DNA of 64,000 nucleotides from Eledone cirrhosa. Its lineage: Eukaryota. The stretch is taken from positions 65,348,001 through 65,412,000 of the forward strand of contig OZ024740.1 in NCBI GenBank assembly GCA_964016885.1, in the 5' to 3' direction. The translations under genes were made by a program, and so were the position numbers. Below, one piece after another: positions 27,741 to 43,623 of the stretch; positions within the stretch are counted from its first letter, which is position 1; the number at the start of each line of letters is the position of its first letter. The notes beneath the pieces are model-generated. The model was not told the DNA's origin. It saw nothing but the letters and a program-made list of their open reading frames with translations, and did not search any database.

Positions 27741-28973
27741 TTTGATTCGTTTGCAAGCAAACAGCCTCATTAATCTATGTTAGCTTAATTGACACCGAAA
27801 TACCTGTTTTTGTCATTCTTTGTGAAAGGTGGTGTCCATAATTTAAAGTAGTGGAATATGTACTATTCATTTCATAGCATGTAACTCTGTATATAAATCT
27901 TTCTCACTTCCCCATTCATTTTAATAAATATTATTGTAATTAGACGAAACGAGATATGTACAGAACAAGGAGTTGAACTTCATACAACCCGTGGACCAGC
28001 ACACGAATGGTGTTACAGAAAAAGCTTTCATTCCCTTATTTTCTGCTGATGTTTTCGTACAGTAAATAATTTCAAAAACATCTCTACTACTTTGGCAATT
28101 CGCCTGCTGGAAACAAAGCCGTTATTATTACTTCAAATGTCGACATTTCAAAAACAATTCATGGTTAACTTTCGATAATCACTTGTCTTTTGTAACAAAT
28201 GACAGACGGCTTTGTTGCGCATTTTAACTAATTTATCGGTATTTTGCTGTTATCTATTATGTGTTTAAACCTATCCATTGAAACTTTCATACCTAACGAT
28301 TCGTTTGGCATCATTTGAATTCTAGTCAGTTGTCATATAATAGAGGATCTGGCAAAATAACAATGAAACGTTTTACCTCTTATCATAGAAACACGTCCCT
28401 TTATAAACTTGGTTAGACTTTACATACAAAATATTCGATTACTACATCAATTACAGAAGTACAAATATCGGTCACTGACATTTCTGTGAAGTTATGTGAT
28501 GTTTATCCTTCATTCAAATGAAAACAAATTATAGTTACTTCCCTGAGAATACAAATAGATGACCATTCGTTTGTTAGTGCTGTCTCTGTGTGCGAGCAGA
28601 ATGAGTTAGGGTGATTAAACCACATCATCCCATTCATCTCCTCTCCCCATAGATTTAGTCCCGTTAAAAACAAAAGAAACATATTCCCTACTTTATGTTC
28701 TATCCACAAAACTTTTAAATAAAATATAAAAAGTACTTAGTCTGCTAGGCGAGTAACAGTACGATTCTAAAACGGAAATAAACACTTACCCTACCAGTTA
28801 AACTTTGTTGAAAGTTACAGCTAATGTACGAACATTTTAATCAAAAACAAACTTTTAACGAATGTGCCACGGAATCCTAACCCAATTTTTCCAGTCATTA
28901 AATTACATGTATGAAACCAGGAGAACTAACATCAATTTTCCGATCATAAGTACGTATGCAAATCGATGCAACA

Positions 28974-29132
28974 TATACATACAAAATGATTGTGAAAGAG
29001 TATATGACATTTTATTAGACTTACAAGATTTTCAAGAAAACTAATCAAATTTCTGTGAAATCAAACAGCCCTCGAAAGGTAGCTAGCAACAAGTTGAAAT
29101 GCCGAGCATCACCGTAGGTATGTCATATATAT
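28974..29132. repeat. About 155-bp dispersed repeat with an inverted copy at 32588-32742
   Basis: CCCTCGAAAGGTAGCTAG...GCATCACCGTAGGTAT is the reverse complement of ATACCTACGGTGATGC...CTAGCTACCTTTCGAGGG. Confidence 0.75.
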
Positions 29133-29255
29133 ATGGAGGCGGGTATGTGTGTGTTTTCGTATATTTGTGTGTGTTTTTACAAGAGAAAAATGCTTAAATG
29201 ACTCTAAAATTCATACAAATCTAAACACATGCGCACGCACAGACACACGCCCCCC

Positions 29256-30200
<945 letters not shown>

Positions 30201-30799
30201 CGAACTTGAAAATACCACAAGCGAGACCCTGTGGATAACGTAGACGCAGGACCATACCCGCAAATACATACCCTGATCTGTCTTGAATATACAGGGCTGA
30301 CGGAATATGGATAACACGACCACCATCTAAGCTGAGAACGACCCATACAGCAAACAAAGAGAGGACAGCCCTTCGCTTTTGACCAGTCGCGTGCGGACTT
30401 GGAGTTCGTAATATACCACCCCAGTCAAATCCACACTGGTTTTTTAACGATATAGCATGTGGACCAATACATCATGCGTGGCGAAACCTTGGACTTAGAA
30501 CCAGCAGGCTCGTCTATCGCGAAAGCGTTCAACCCCTGAAACTAAAGGATCGAACGGACTACATCCGGCAACCACTGGCTATTAGATCCACAGGTACATC
30601 TCCCAGAGAGTCCACGCAGATAATAGTGAACCCCAGGTGATCTATGAACGTTTAAACATGACCGGCTGCGCCTGGAGCTAGGCAGATGACTGCTTACGCC
30701 TAGTGGATATCGTGCCTGGAGCTGTGCAGGGGACTGCATAGGCAGAATGGATATCGCGCCCACACGGTCACCAGTAATGTTCATCCTGTTATATTTTTG

Positions 30800-30990
30800 C
30801 AATAATTTTATGATAATTTTGTAATAATTTTGCGATAATTTTAAGATAATTTGATGGTTTTGTAATGATTTTGTGGTAATTTTGTGATGATTTGATAATT
30901 TTGTAATGATTTTGTGGTAATTTTGTAATGATTTTGTAATAATTTTTAATCCTGTATCAATAATTTTGGAATGTTTTTTGTGATAATACG
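30800..30990. repeat. Degenerate minisatellite of about 12-bp units (TAATGATTTTG-like)
   Basis: Repeated GATAATTTT/TAATGATTTTGT units. Confidence 0.75.
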
Positions 30991-31863
30991 GGGTTAGATC
31001 ACTGAAGCTACCTTGTACCTTCTTAAAGATACATTTTATGATTATTGTCTTTTTGCTTATGTATTTTCTTAGTTACCACTTTCTTTAAACTTGCCCAACT
31101 TGATAAACTCCCTGAATTGCTACATAATTAAATTGCTTAAATTGCTTAGATTATTGTACCTATTATGCTTAAGTTGTATCTGTTGAAGAAGCCCTTTGAA
31201 AATTCCTCGGATATCCCAAATACCGTAATTTTTAATTTTTAACTTTTAATGTATAATTTTCCTCAATTCGTTTTTATATTTATCCTCAAAGGCTCTCTAA
31301 AATTTTAATTCTTCGAAGGGTCTCTCGGAAGAAGTTCCTACTGGAAATAGTAAAGGGGCCTTTCCTGAGAGATTTATGGAAGGCTCTCTGTATTAACCTC
31401 TAATTGATTAGTTTCTTTCAACCTAGTTTTCAATTCAGTTTTCTGAATTTTGTAAACGTGATCTCGGGGGAAGAAGGTTTTTTCTTTCTGAAAAAATTTT
31501 TTCTCTAGAAGAAATTTCATAGGAACTCTATATATTTTTTAGGGAAACTTTATATTTTTATTTTATTATTTTATTAGCCTCTTAATTTTCTTCTAGACTA
31601 ATAGGTGTATTGGAGCCTGTAAGCTTTATGCACTCATTGAGGGATTTTCTGAGGTACTTCTGCGGGACCCCAAGTCTCTTGGTTTAATGTTGATGCGTGA
31701 ATTATATATATTTGTCTAATTTTTAAACTTCAATCCCTGACCCCGACAACTAATATAAAAGAGCCCCCCTTAAAGCGGAGTTGGTGATGTATACAACAAT
31801 TTCAAACTGCTAGCCTTGAGTGATACGTTGATGTAAACAATGATCTTGCAATCACATGTTATA

Positions 31864-31910
31864 TGCCTTGATAAGTCCCACCGTGGGGTCGGACGAAACG
31901 GCTGTCGGCA
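31864..31910 (+). ncRNA. Type I hammerhead ribozyme (family E), U3:A8 core
   Basis: UGCC-UUGAUAA-GUCC(caccguggggu c)GGAC-GAA-ACGGCUGU-C/GGCA; quasi-palindromic helix III; GUC triplet at 31904-31906; about 50 bp upstream of (TA)n. Confidence 0.85.
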
Positions 31911-31954
31911 ATAAACTTGTTATAATGTCATAATAGTTCCTTTGTTCTTTTTCA

Positions 31955-32018
<64 letters not shown>

Positions 32019-32034
32019 TATATATATATAAATA

Positions 32035-32423
32035 TAAGTATGTATACGTACATACATATATGTATACAGACGTACAGTAGTATGTATATATATATACATA
32101 CATGCACACATATATATATGAACGTATGGATTCACCGAACTTTTATAATAATGCTCTGTGTGTTTGTAAACAAACATCCCGAATTAAGCCGTACAGTGTC
32201 TAGCAACCACCGTTGCTCATTTGTTCAACACTGACAAAGGAACGCTGTACTAGTTTCAAGCTTATTAGCTATCGTCAGCAACGGACACCTTCCTGTCAGA
32301 TGATTGAACGTCTGAAAGTATATACTTTCCCTATGCATATTAACGGCTGAGCAGCTTAATTTGCATATCGAGTGTGTTAATCGCCGTACTAAGAGTGAGT
32401 AATGAAATTTAATTTCATTTTTT

Positions 32424-32425
<2 letters not shown>
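32035..32425 (-). mobile_element. Family F HHR-bearing short element, diverged copy
   Basis: Homologous to 46045-46500 and 49031-49641; flanked by (TA)n. Confidence 0.75.
32243..32283 (-). ncRNA. Minimal type I hammerhead ribozyme (family F)
   Basis: CGUUG-CUGACGA-uAGCU(aaua)AGCUu-GAA-ACUAGU-A/CAGCG. Confidence 0.85.
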
Positions 32426-32481
<56 letters not shown>

Positions 32482-32736
32482 AGTAAAAAGAGAATCAGTG
32501 TTCCGACGAAAGGAATTTATTGGACATATTACAATTGTTTCTCGGACGACCAGCTTGAGGTACAATTGATGTGGTGATCAAACCTGTCTATATATGATAT
32601 ACCTACGGTGATGCTTGGATTTTCAACTTATTACTAGCTACCTTTCGAGGGTTGTTTGATTTCACAGAAATATGATTAGCTTTCTTGAAAATTTTGTAAG
32701 TTTAATAAAATGTAATATATTCTTTCACCATCGTTT

Positions 32737-32781
<45 letters not shown>

Positions 32782-33809
32782 AACATAGGCATATACTCTA
32801 CTCAGGACCATTTACCCATACACAAACCTTGACACATGACATTACGCTTCATAACCTATTTCACAGTAATATCACAAACCCACCAATTCGTTAGATACAT
32901 TTACACTAGGATATGCATAACACACTAGCATCTACATAATTAAGATGTTAATCTAATGCAAATCATAATACATCATATTACCAAGGGATCTCTCTGTGTT
33001 AGGTAAAACAGTTTAATTAATTGTTGATTAATCATATTTATCAGCAAGACTTATTCTCCTTGCATTAGAGAAACAAAGAAATTAATTAAAACACAGGAGT
33101 ATTCCCGTTGCACCTAATGCGATCTCACGTTAATGGCGTTAACCATCTGAAAGATAACAATATATGTAAGAGGCGAACGCGCAATGTAGCATACATGCAA
33201 AGCTTGATACCTAAGATAGCAATATTTATGTGTTGACAAAATTTACATCTTTACATATATTCTTTTGTAGACACCGCTGATATTATTCATAAAAGAAGCA
33301 TACTTGGCTGTAAGTTTAATATGTTTCCGATCATTTCCATATTTGATCAAATCCTTTACTAATTAGTGCGAATATTTCTTGCTATTTACAACTTATATAC
33401 TCATCTATAGCAATGGCTTTTGTAACAAAATGAAATGAGAGACAATAGATTTTAAAAAAGAAAAATCACACACTATAGAATGTTACGTTATTCATTATTG
33501 TTTGGTGATTGTTGCCTAAGTCGAATTATAATGGAAGGACAGGACATCCCTGTCCATTCGCATAGAGACAGAAATCTTTTGTTTTACTAGAACAAAGCCG
33601 ACAATAGATTTAACTAACAATGAAAAGTATATCTGAGAGTATAAATGAAATACTGGTCTCCGGCTCGTGATTCATAATTTGGTATGTTTGTGACAACTCT
33701 TAAATCCATTAATAGCAGTGTCCTGTGCGTTCCTATTACAAATATATATTTGGTGGACATTGCACTTCTTAATATATATATTATATTATATTACATTATA
33801 TTATTTTGC

Positions 33810-33935
33810 CATTCTGATTTCAAATCCCGCCGAGGTTGACTTTTCCTTTCATCCTTACGGGCTCGATAAAATAAAGTACCAGTAATTCACTGGGGTAATA
33901 ACTGGCCTTGTGCCAAAAGTAGAAACAATTATTTT
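33810..33935 (+). mobile_element. tRNA-derived SINE, 5'-truncated
   Basis: TTCAAATCCCGCCGAGGTTGACTTTTCCTTTCATCCTTACGGG..GATAAAATAAAGTACCAG...GGCCTTGTGCCAAAAGTAGAAACAATTATT. Confidence 0.8.
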
Positions 33936-36194
33936 ATATTACATTATATTAAATTATATTATACTATATTATTTGTTTATGTTCATGCACAAAACAAAAG
34001 CACTACCCTAAGTTTCAAGACCCAATATTGAGCACATCTCTAGAATACAAGAGACAGCAAAATTGTGCCCTATCTTCAGGCGCTTATACGGAGTTCTGCA
34101 GATAGCTGGTTAAGTTGGGGTGGTATCTTTCTAATTTTTGGTATTAATGAGGTTCTTTCAATAATACGGTTTTTCTCGTGTGTGCACTGGCACTCTTATC
34201 TTCATCATTTACAATTAATTGCATGAATTAGATGACAGCAAATAATTTCATTACAATGGGAACGTAAGCTATCTAAGAATAAATAATTTATCATTTTATT
34301 GCTTATCAATGACAAATGTGAAAGGGCTTACATTAGTAGGTTAAGCGTTTATCATAGAAATTTAAGTTAGACATAACGACGGAAAATGAACAAAAGCTTT
34401 CGGAAACAATATTAGTCATTGTATTTTATTTCAAAATCGAAGATTAAATTAGAATCAATCTATAATAATGCATGAACATGTTTTCTGAAGCCCTTCTAAA
34501 TGTACATATGTATCTAATAATATTCAGAATTTGAGATTTGTCACTGATGAGTACATATGTACTTATTATAGTTATTTATAAGCGGAAATCGGTAAACATA
34601 AGGCAAAGATTAGAAACGCAAAATGAAAGGTCTTCTGATAATATTAATTGGTAGAAAATAAACACTACAGATGATGAACAAGAACGACTCTTTCGAAATA
34701 CATACAATATTGTGTGTGCGCATATTTCTGTGTATATGTTGTGTATATGTGTGGAGTCGGTGTGGTGTCAAGTGGATGTATGTGTGTGATAGAAATTGGA
34801 TGTGAGCGCATGCTACTACGCAGATACAATGATATTATATAATGTTTCAAAGTCAAAATTGTTTAAAACTATATACAACATTATGCAACAGTTTATAAAG
34901 TCTTAAATAGTGAGTATAAGCTGGGCAAAGTTGAATTAGTACGTAATTCGTTACGTTTATATACGACTTTTAATGTTACATGTCTAAAGTTCTAATCAAA
35001 TAATAGCCCAGATATTAAATAATTTAATTGCTTACAACACTATTTGTTTGCTATTCAGGACCTTTATAAGAAGGCAACCAAACAAAATATATAATCTATA
35101 AAAACATTGATTGAAAGTATAACCAGCATATCTACGCTACGAGATCTTAGATCATCGATAGATGTTTTTGCTTCCAAACAGACTAAAGACGTAAACATTT
35201 TCTCTATGGAATCAACTATATTTATTGATAAGAGAAGAAGGAACAAATTCAAATTAATTATGAAAGCCAATCTAAATTAACAATCCACGAATGACTGTGC
35301 TAATAGAAAAGAATTTCTGTTGACAATTATTTAGAAAAGTAAATACTTTATACCCCTGGTATTCTAATCATAAGTAGTCACATATTTGATCAATTTTCAA
35401 TGAAGTCGTCTAACAAATTGATTTCCTAAATTATTCTGTTTGTTCTGTTTGATATCGGTGATATAGTTGTTTTTGTACAAACAACGGGGAAGTTGAAAAT
35501 TATTTAAGGTGATTGGTCATCATAACGTTGCGGTAAACATCGTAATTCATTTAAAGTGGAGTGATTGATAGTTTAACCTCGAAACAATCACCAATACATG
35601 ATTTGTTAAACGTTCATTTCCTCGTATAACTCCCTCCGCAATAAAAATGATAAATTTGAAAGAAAGTTAATGTATGTCTATGTATGTCCAATGAAAGTCT
35701 ATGTATGTATTATTCTTGAGACTATTGCTTCTCTATGTTTCGTTCATGATTTTTCTACTCTATATATTTCTTTTGGTGTGACATATACTAAAGTTTGTTA
35801 CTTTAACACATTTTAGATTTGTTGAGACCAATAAGGGATACACTGAGATCAATCGGACAACCAGAGACACATCCACGCACGCACATACACACACATACAC
35901 AAAGACACCTGCAGGTACACATACATAGAGTGTAACCACAACATCTTATCTCTCTACTAGAAACACTATTTCGGAAATTTGTGCCATTCAAGAAATTGAT
36001 TTCATAATTATTTTTCATATTTTGTATAATCAACATCTGCACTTGCATATTCATTCATGCCAAGTTCTTTGTGGAAGATCCAATACACATTATCTCCACA
36101 AAGTATCATTGACAACATCCTATCGAATTGAAATGATACGCCCTGCCACAGCACCTAATCACTGACATTTTAAGTGATTAGTAATAAGTCATAA

Positions 36195-36335
36195 ATTATT
36201 GGTTTCTAATTTTGGGGGATGGGAAATCTACTAAATCGACACCAGCGCATTACTTTAGTTTATCGACTCCATAAGGATGGAATGCAAAGCCTACCTCGGC
36301 AGGAATATAACCTATATCGTAAAGGGTCGTTATCT
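36195..36335 (-). mobile_element. Diverged SINE fragment
   Basis: TTTATCGACTCCATAAGGATGGAATGCAAAG..ACCTCGGCAGGAAT core. Confidence 0.6.
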
Positions 36336-36619
36336 ATATAATAAAGCATGTTGTCTGACACTCCACCGATATTACCAAATACAAAATATGCAGAGTATTA
36401 CTGATATATAATTTTTTTAGGCCAATTTCTTGTGTATCACACAATATTGTTTCAGTCTTCTTATATAAATGAGGCTTAAACACATTCTTTCGAACATAAA
36501 ATCCCTGATTGGTACTGGGAAATGACTGGGCCTCAATTCCGAACTTCTTGTATATAACCATGACCATAAACACGGGCCTACAGAGACCTTTCCACATACT
36601 AATAGGGGAAGGCAGCTAT

Positions 36620-37260
36620 AAACAAAGGCCTCAACAATCCGCCTAACATACCTAGCCAATTAATGAACATTGTGGGATGTATATCTAGCGTATCTTCAAA
36701 CAGCCATATATTCGACAATAATGCATCCTATTATAACTACGCATTAAAGAAGTGGATTTAATCAGAAGCTCACTAGCAATTATCCTCTCTAGACAACAAT
36801 GAAACACACTGAGTCAGAAAGGTCACCTGGTGTATTACATCTTACAGCCCGAGGTCTCCACTCAATAACCTTGTACTTTATTTCTTTTGTACGAAAGCAC
36901 CTCTCCACGACACGGCAGTACTTACTATAAAATCTGTTAGCAAAAATTCAGTTAAATTAAGCTAGATCTTCCTTAACAATACATAAAAAAAATCTTGAAT
37001 CTTAACGAATCATATATACTGACAGCACGCCTCGCTAGACTCGTGAATGTAACTCTAGAGATCGAATGCGATGCCCACTAGACGAGATATGCCAGTTAAG
37101 TGAATTTGTATACGACGGACGAAAGACAACTTGTGCACCACAGAAAAGGGAAAATATCTTCGCTTCATCAAACAATATCCTGAACACTCGGGAGGAACAC
37201 ACAGCAACCAGTCTGCAAGCACGGAAGATCAGACTATGCAATTTCAAGCATATCGAAGCC
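36620..37260 (+). pseudogene. Decayed Penelope-like element thumb/linker and GIY-YIG region
   Basis: ISSVSSNSHIFDNNASYYNYALK, VKLS, CNSRDRMRCPLDEICQLSEFVY...ILNTREEH, resembling the PLE CNC..CPLxGxC...VY...YIG...KTR...H pattern. Confidence 0.6.
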
Positions 37261-38519
37261 ACTGGCGATACGGATTTGCACACCAGACAACTTACTGCAC
37301 TATGTAAAACCCACCGGATACTGATGTGTACCGGATTGTACAAATAGTGGAAAAGCTATTCCCCAACAACATTCAAAAACACATACAACATATACACACC
37401 CATACATGAGCAAAGCCCCACAGTTCCTTCTAGATACTACATATTGTGAACTATTGCCAACTCCTGAGTTTTCTGATTGCGGGTAATCCAACAACATATA
37501 ATCATTGGTTCATTTTCATTATTTCCTTATTTCCTCATTCATCATGTTCATTAGCTTCTTATATACCTCATTAATTTTATCCTCTTTATTATTTTCCTCT
37601 TTAAATATTTTTACTTTTATTATTTCCTTATTTCCCTTTATCTTCTTAATTTCTCATTCCTTATGTTCGTAAATCCTAATTCCATATTTTGAAAAAAGCT
37701 CTCTTCACCATGCTTACCTCTGGAATATAGATAGCTATAGCAATGTACAATATAATCATATTTTATATTGTACTTTCATATTTCCCTTGAGTCTATCACT
37801 ACAAGCTCCAATACCAATCTATCATGTTACCACTATAATATCAACTTTATCATCACCATCATCCCATATGCCATAAGCCTTGTCTTCTCAAATAATTCCA
37901 TTATCCATTAAATATCTATTCACCTCCACCAAATGACACACTACCACCTAGTCACCTGAATCATTCTCTTTCATCATAACCTTAAACTTCACATTTTGCT
38001 AATTTCAATCCATTTTCTTCGTCCTCATGAGCCCCGTATATACCATGTCTACGTATTTTTATTATTTTGTTCATTACTTACTTAAATTTTTCCTTTCTGT
38101 TTTCTTTCCATATCAACTTTTCTCTTTTCTACTCCTAGTTTAACATCCTCACCCGCTACTTACAAACGTAAATCTATCATCCACTAACACATTTATGCAT
38201 TCATCTAAGTTATTTTCATTACCATCAGCATTTTATAGATGACCACCCATTACCATCACTACCAGCACAAAAGTATTGAAGAGTTCATTTGATTTATTCT
38301 ATCCATTATCATAATATCAATGAAGAAATATATTATTTTAATGCTTGATATAGTAGTAAAGAATTCTTTAAGTTTCTGACACTCTACCCTCATCAGACGA
38401 TAGTATGAAAAATAAAAGATGAAATAGAAAAATAGAGAAATTTACTCATTGGATTAAATTCTGAACTGTTCCTTACATATCGTGCTGGGGATTATAAAAT
38501 CATATTGAGTTTTAAAATA

Positions 38520-39830
38520 AAGCTTCTTTGTATTTACATGGTTATGAGATAACACGTGACTTGGGGAAAGCCAAGCTAACAGATCACAAGGGAAGGCAAC
38601 AATACAACATTGTGAATCTAATGGTCAGAAATACAAAGAGGGAAGCTAAATAGAAGCGGATATTAGACCAGTGCAAAATCGTCAACGCTGGTGTAAACGT
38701 GCAACCGCAAGACTGTTTCCGAAGCACCCAGAAGGCTAATAAATTGAAAGCATTATACTGCTACGGCGATTAATGAAAAAATGACATGCCCCTCATAGAC
38801 GGGGCCGATGTCATCAAAAGGTGGTCAGAGTTTTCTGAAGACCATTTAAAAAAAAAAAATTAAACATGACATCAAAATTCTGGACAGTTCCACCAATAAG
38901 AACAAACAAATTGAGAATACTCAAATGTTCTAGTAGAGACTCGAAAGGCGGTGCACATACTTAAAGATGGTACATCCACAGGGTTTGATAAAGCTAACAT
39001 CAAACTGATCACCGAGAAACACCAGCAGAACCAGTTTGACCTCTACCATGATGACATTGACCTGTTAGGAAGCAGTGGAACAGAACTGCAGGAACTCACT
39101 ACCACAGTGGAAAATGTATCAGGAACATACAGAGTGTAGGTCAGCTCAGAAAAGAGCAATACTATGATTAATAGTCATAATCAGGATATAACAACCAGCA
39201 CCATGATTGATGGAGGGAAACTTGAAGAAGTGGACTCATAAAGGTAACTTGGATCCACTCTGTCCAAAAAAGGCAAATTTCAAATGGAATACTGAAAAAG
39301 CTCGCCCTGGCTATTTCTGCTATGTTAAAGCTGAATTTCATAAGGAAAGGCAATTCGATCAGTTTTCCAAAGATGCTCAAAGTATAAAAGACCCTAGTGA
39401 CTTCGACCATTTTGTATGGATGTGAGAGTTGGATTCGCAATGCTGACATCGAATTATGATTCCAGTCATTCGAGTTCAAGTGCTTCAGAAGGTTCTTATA
39501 TATCCAGTACATGGAACACAAACCAATTTTTTTTCAGTCAGCAAGTTAACAAATATATTGACAAGAACCACCCTTTGTGATGGTGAAAAGATGGAATATT
39601 GTTTGGTTCGGTCATGTATCACGCCACAACTCCTTATCTAAAATCTTCCTTTACGGCACAGTCGAGTGAAGGCAAAGGCGAAACCGACAAAGCCGACAAA
39701 TAAAATCATGATCCGACAATATCAAAGTCTAGAGAGGTCATAACACTGAGAACCTTCTACGCATTGCGAAGAATGAAGACTAGTGGCTGTGTCTGGCTAT
39801 GGAAGCGCCAGGAGTAGCTACTTCATTTAC
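38520..39830 (+). pseudogene. Decayed, internally deleted RTE-type LINE
   Basis: LYHDDIDLLGSSGTELQELTT (FADDIDL motif), ILYGCESW, WFGHV-like and G.VE.R..R..Q motifs in shifted frames. Confidence 0.65.
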
Positions 39831-39938
39831 GGGAACATGAGTGATTGATTGATTATCAACTTACTTAAACTTATATACACACATGCAGCATGCACATACA
39901 CACACACCGGCACACGCACATACATACATACACACACA

Positions 39939-40018
<80 letters not shown>

Positions 40019-40030
40019 GGAACAAGTAGG

Positions 40031-40127
40031 ACCCCGACGGCTGAGCTCAAGCCGTTTCGACGGCAATTTCTGGACTAAATGAAAATGTTTATCCTGGTAT
40101 TTGAATAGCCGAGCTTCTCAAGGGGGT
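40031..40127 (-). ncRNA. Type I hammerhead ribozyme (family G, inverted arm)
   Basis: Reverse complement of 40405-40500 with minor changes. Confidence 0.8.
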
Positions 40128-40404
40128 ATTCCATATATGGTAAAAGTGATTGTCACAAGGATTGGTCAAAATTGTTTCGACTTCCTCCCCCTCCCCCTCC
40201 CTAGTATCTTCTTTGACCTCATGCCCAGCTGTAGTCGGCACTATCAACGCATGACTGGGTCTCCTGCACCCCCTCTCCCTCTTTCTCCTACTGGCAGGTT
40301 CAGCTACCCCTTCCCTCCACAAATTGCCATGATAGAATTATTATGTCCCAACAACAAACTTTTGACCAATCCTTGTGACAATCGCTTTTACCATATATAG
40401 AATT

Positions 40405-40500
40405 ACCCCTTGAGAAGCTCGGCTATTCAAATACCAGGATGAAAATGTTCATTTAGTCCAGAATTAGCCGTCGAAACGGCTTGAGCTCAGCCGTCGGGGT
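40405..40500 (+). ncRNA. Type I hammerhead ribozyme (family G), U3:A8 core, stable helix III
   Basis: ACCCC-UUGAGAA-GcuCGGCUA...UAGCCGuC-GAA-ACGGCU(ugagcuc)AGCCGU-C/GGGGU; GUC at 40493-40495. Confidence 0.88.
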
Positions 40501-40591
40501 CCTACTCGTTCCTATTACCCACTCTACTACCCTAAGTATTGAGTACTTTGGTGCGGTATGGTCCACCTGGTTCCTTACCACATTTCCTCCG

Positions 40592-40631
<40 letters not shown>

Positions 40632-41354
40632 TATGAAGAGAGAAGAAACATTTAGATATAATTAGTAATAAAATGTATCATACCTAAACTGCTCCTAAAT
40701 TCCTCGACTACGTAGTTTCGTGGCATAAACAAAAACAATATATCATAAAGATATAGAGTCTTTGCGAGGTCTGCTGACTTATCAAGAGGATACCTCATTT
40801 TACTAGTCTCAAGAACGCGTCTACACGACGTGAGAAAGAATCCCAAAAGGCGGAGGGGGAGATAGTCACGCGATATAACGGTCGAGAAACAGAGCTAAAT
40901 GTTTCTTCTCTCTTCATAGTGTATTTTTAACTCTGATACTGGTTCAGTCTAGTTCAACTGAATTGGTCTGTCCCAGTCATTCATTGAGCAACATCGGTGA
41001 AGTCGGCACCCTTAACTCACAGTTGGGTGCGGATGCATTCATGTATATATGTGTGTGTCCGCATGTATCTGTGTGTTTCTAAATATATTGTTAATAACTC
41101 CCTCTGGTCGAGCAATCTTTGAAGTGTGGGGACAACTGGAAAGCTTCCATTACTCATACTTCTCGCCTTCTTCACCACCTCTTCTACGGCCTCGATATGA
41201 ATACCCCCTCCGCCTCCGTGGTATTTTGTTCGTGGTTATAAGAGGCTTAGCTCTGTTTCTCGACCGTTATATCGCGTGACTATCTCCCCCTCCGCCTTTT
41301 GGGATTCTTTCTCACGTCGTGTAGACGCGTTCTTGAGACTAGTAAAATGAGGTA

Positions 41355-41444
41355 TCCTCTTGATAAGTCTGCAGACCTCGCAAAGACTCTATATCTTTAT
41401 GATATATTGTTTTTGTTTATGCCACGAAACTACGTAGTCGAGGA
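41355..41444 (+). ncRNA. Type I hammerhead ribozyme (family H), U3:A8 core
   Basis: UCCUC-UUGAUAA-GUcuGCA...UGCCAC-GAA-ACUACGUAGU-C/GAGGA; this copy has one stem II substitution. Confidence 0.75.
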
Positions 41445-41949
41445 ATTTAGGAGCAGTTTAGGTATGATACATTTTATTACTAATTATATCTAAATGTTTC
41501 TTCTCTCTTCATAGTGTATTTTTAACTCTGATACTGGTTCAGTCTAGTTCAACTGAATTGGTCTGTCCCAGTCATTCATTGAGCAACATCGGTGAAGTTG
41601 GCACCCTTAACTCACAGTTGGGTGCGGATGCATTCATGTATATATGTGTGTGTCCGCATGTATCTGTGTGTTTCTAAATATATTGTTAATAACTCCCTCT
41701 GGTCGAGCAATATTTGAAGTGTGGGGACAACTGGAAAGCTTCCATTACTCATACTTCTCGCCTTGTTCACCACCTCTTCTACGGCCTCGATATGAATACC
41801 CCCTCCGCCTCCGTGGTATTTTTTTCGTGGTTATAAGAGGCTTAGCTCTGTTTCTCGACCGTTATATCGAGTGACTATCTCCCCCTCCGCCTTTTGGGAT
41901 TCTTTCTCACGTCGTGTAGACGCGTTCTTGAGACTAGTAAAATGAGGTA

Positions 41950-42039
41950 TCCTCTTGATAAGTCGGCAGACCTCGCAAAGACTCTATATCTTTATGATAT
42001 ATTGTTTTTGTTTATGCCACGAAACTACGTAGTCGAGGA
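41950..42039 (+). ncRNA. Type I hammerhead ribozyme (family H), U3:A8 core
   Basis: UCCUC-UUGAUAA-GUcGGCA-(long loop II)-UGCCAC-GAA-ACUACGUAGU-C/GAGGA; 10-nt palindromic helix III. Confidence 0.82.
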
Positions 42040-42276
42040 ATTTAGGAGCAGTTTAGGTATGATACATTTTATTACTAATTATATCTAAATGTTTCTTCTC
42101 TCTTCATAGTGTATTTTTAACTCTGATACTGGTTCAGTCTAGTTCAACTGAATTGGTCTGTCCCAGTCATTCATTGAGCAACATCGGTGAAGTTGGCACC
42201 CTTAACTCACAGTTGGGTGCGGATGCATTCATGTATATATGTGTGTGTCCGCATGTATCTGTGTGTTTCTAAATAT

Positions 42277-42550
<274 letters not shown>

Positions 42551-43160
42551 TGCCGACATGCATATAAAACATATGTACACACACATATATATATATATAT
42601 ATAAAACATGTACATATTTATATATCACGAAAGAGAGAGAACTAGAGAGAGAGGGGGGAGCAAGGGAGAGAGAGACAGAGGTAGACATTGTAAAATTGCT
42701 TAACTAGAAATATTCATTTGACTTGTAGATTGAAGGCAAATTCACTTCTATTTGATCACCCAATGATGAATATTGGCATATATATCTGTATTGCATTCAA
42801 TCAGAGAAAACCTCGTCACAAATATTTCAGTTTCCGGGAAAGATGGCTAATGGAAATGTATATTGAGGGAATATATTTACTGACAAGTGGCCTCAAAGCT
42901 TTTAAAACTTGCGTCGTAAATATTTGAGATTGCTCTACAGCTAATTTGCGCGCATATTTGATGTCAAATCCATCGATTTTGTGATCTTTTAGGATACATC
43001 TGGAAATTGATGAAAGAGAATTTGCCTTTGCTAGTTAAGTCAACACGGAGTGTTTGAATTAATGCCAGAAACAAATATATAATATTGATATGTATGCTAG
43101 AATCTGTCTTTCCAATAAAATATGTATATACGCGCTCACCTGTATTTACACACACACACA

Positions 43161-43275
<115 letters not shown>

Positions 43276-43592
43276 ACATTTCATTCCTCTCGTTAATTAT
43301 TATTTATTTGATATTTTAGCATATAATCGGGAAGGGTAAAGCTATTGCCAACTACAAATGCGTGAGAGGAAAATGATTTTTCCTGTTAATTAGCTCCTGC
43401 ACATCTTATCTTTAATAGTTTTCCGTATAAACCTTTTAGCTGATTTAATATGCCTGTTTCGTGCAATGGTTCATATACCTGGTGTTTATATATCACATTT
43501 ATTAAATAGCATGTGACTACATTCATATCAACTTATCTAGTGTGTTATTTGGACATTAGTTTACACGCACAAACACACCTATATACAGACTA

Positions 43593-43623
<31 letters not shown>

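Larger units (their letters stand above)
40017..40593. mobile_element. Family G fold-back element between (TA)n tracts: inverted arms 40017-40172 / 40361-40514 plus a 3' tail to 40593
   Basis: The arms are reverse complements and each contains a complete HHR. Confidence 0.85.

Noticed and set aside
30436-30504. Stem I-like CTGGTTT/GAACCAG flanking TTAACGA...GAAAC
   Set aside because: Two core substitutions and no helix III; possibly a relic but unsupported.
34544-34562. CTGATGA-GTAC-ATAT-GTAC
   Set aside because: No GAAA box or remaining helices follow.
38370-38402. Minus-strand CUGAUGA...GAAAC downstream of a PLE remnant
   Set aside because: Stems I-III are not supported.
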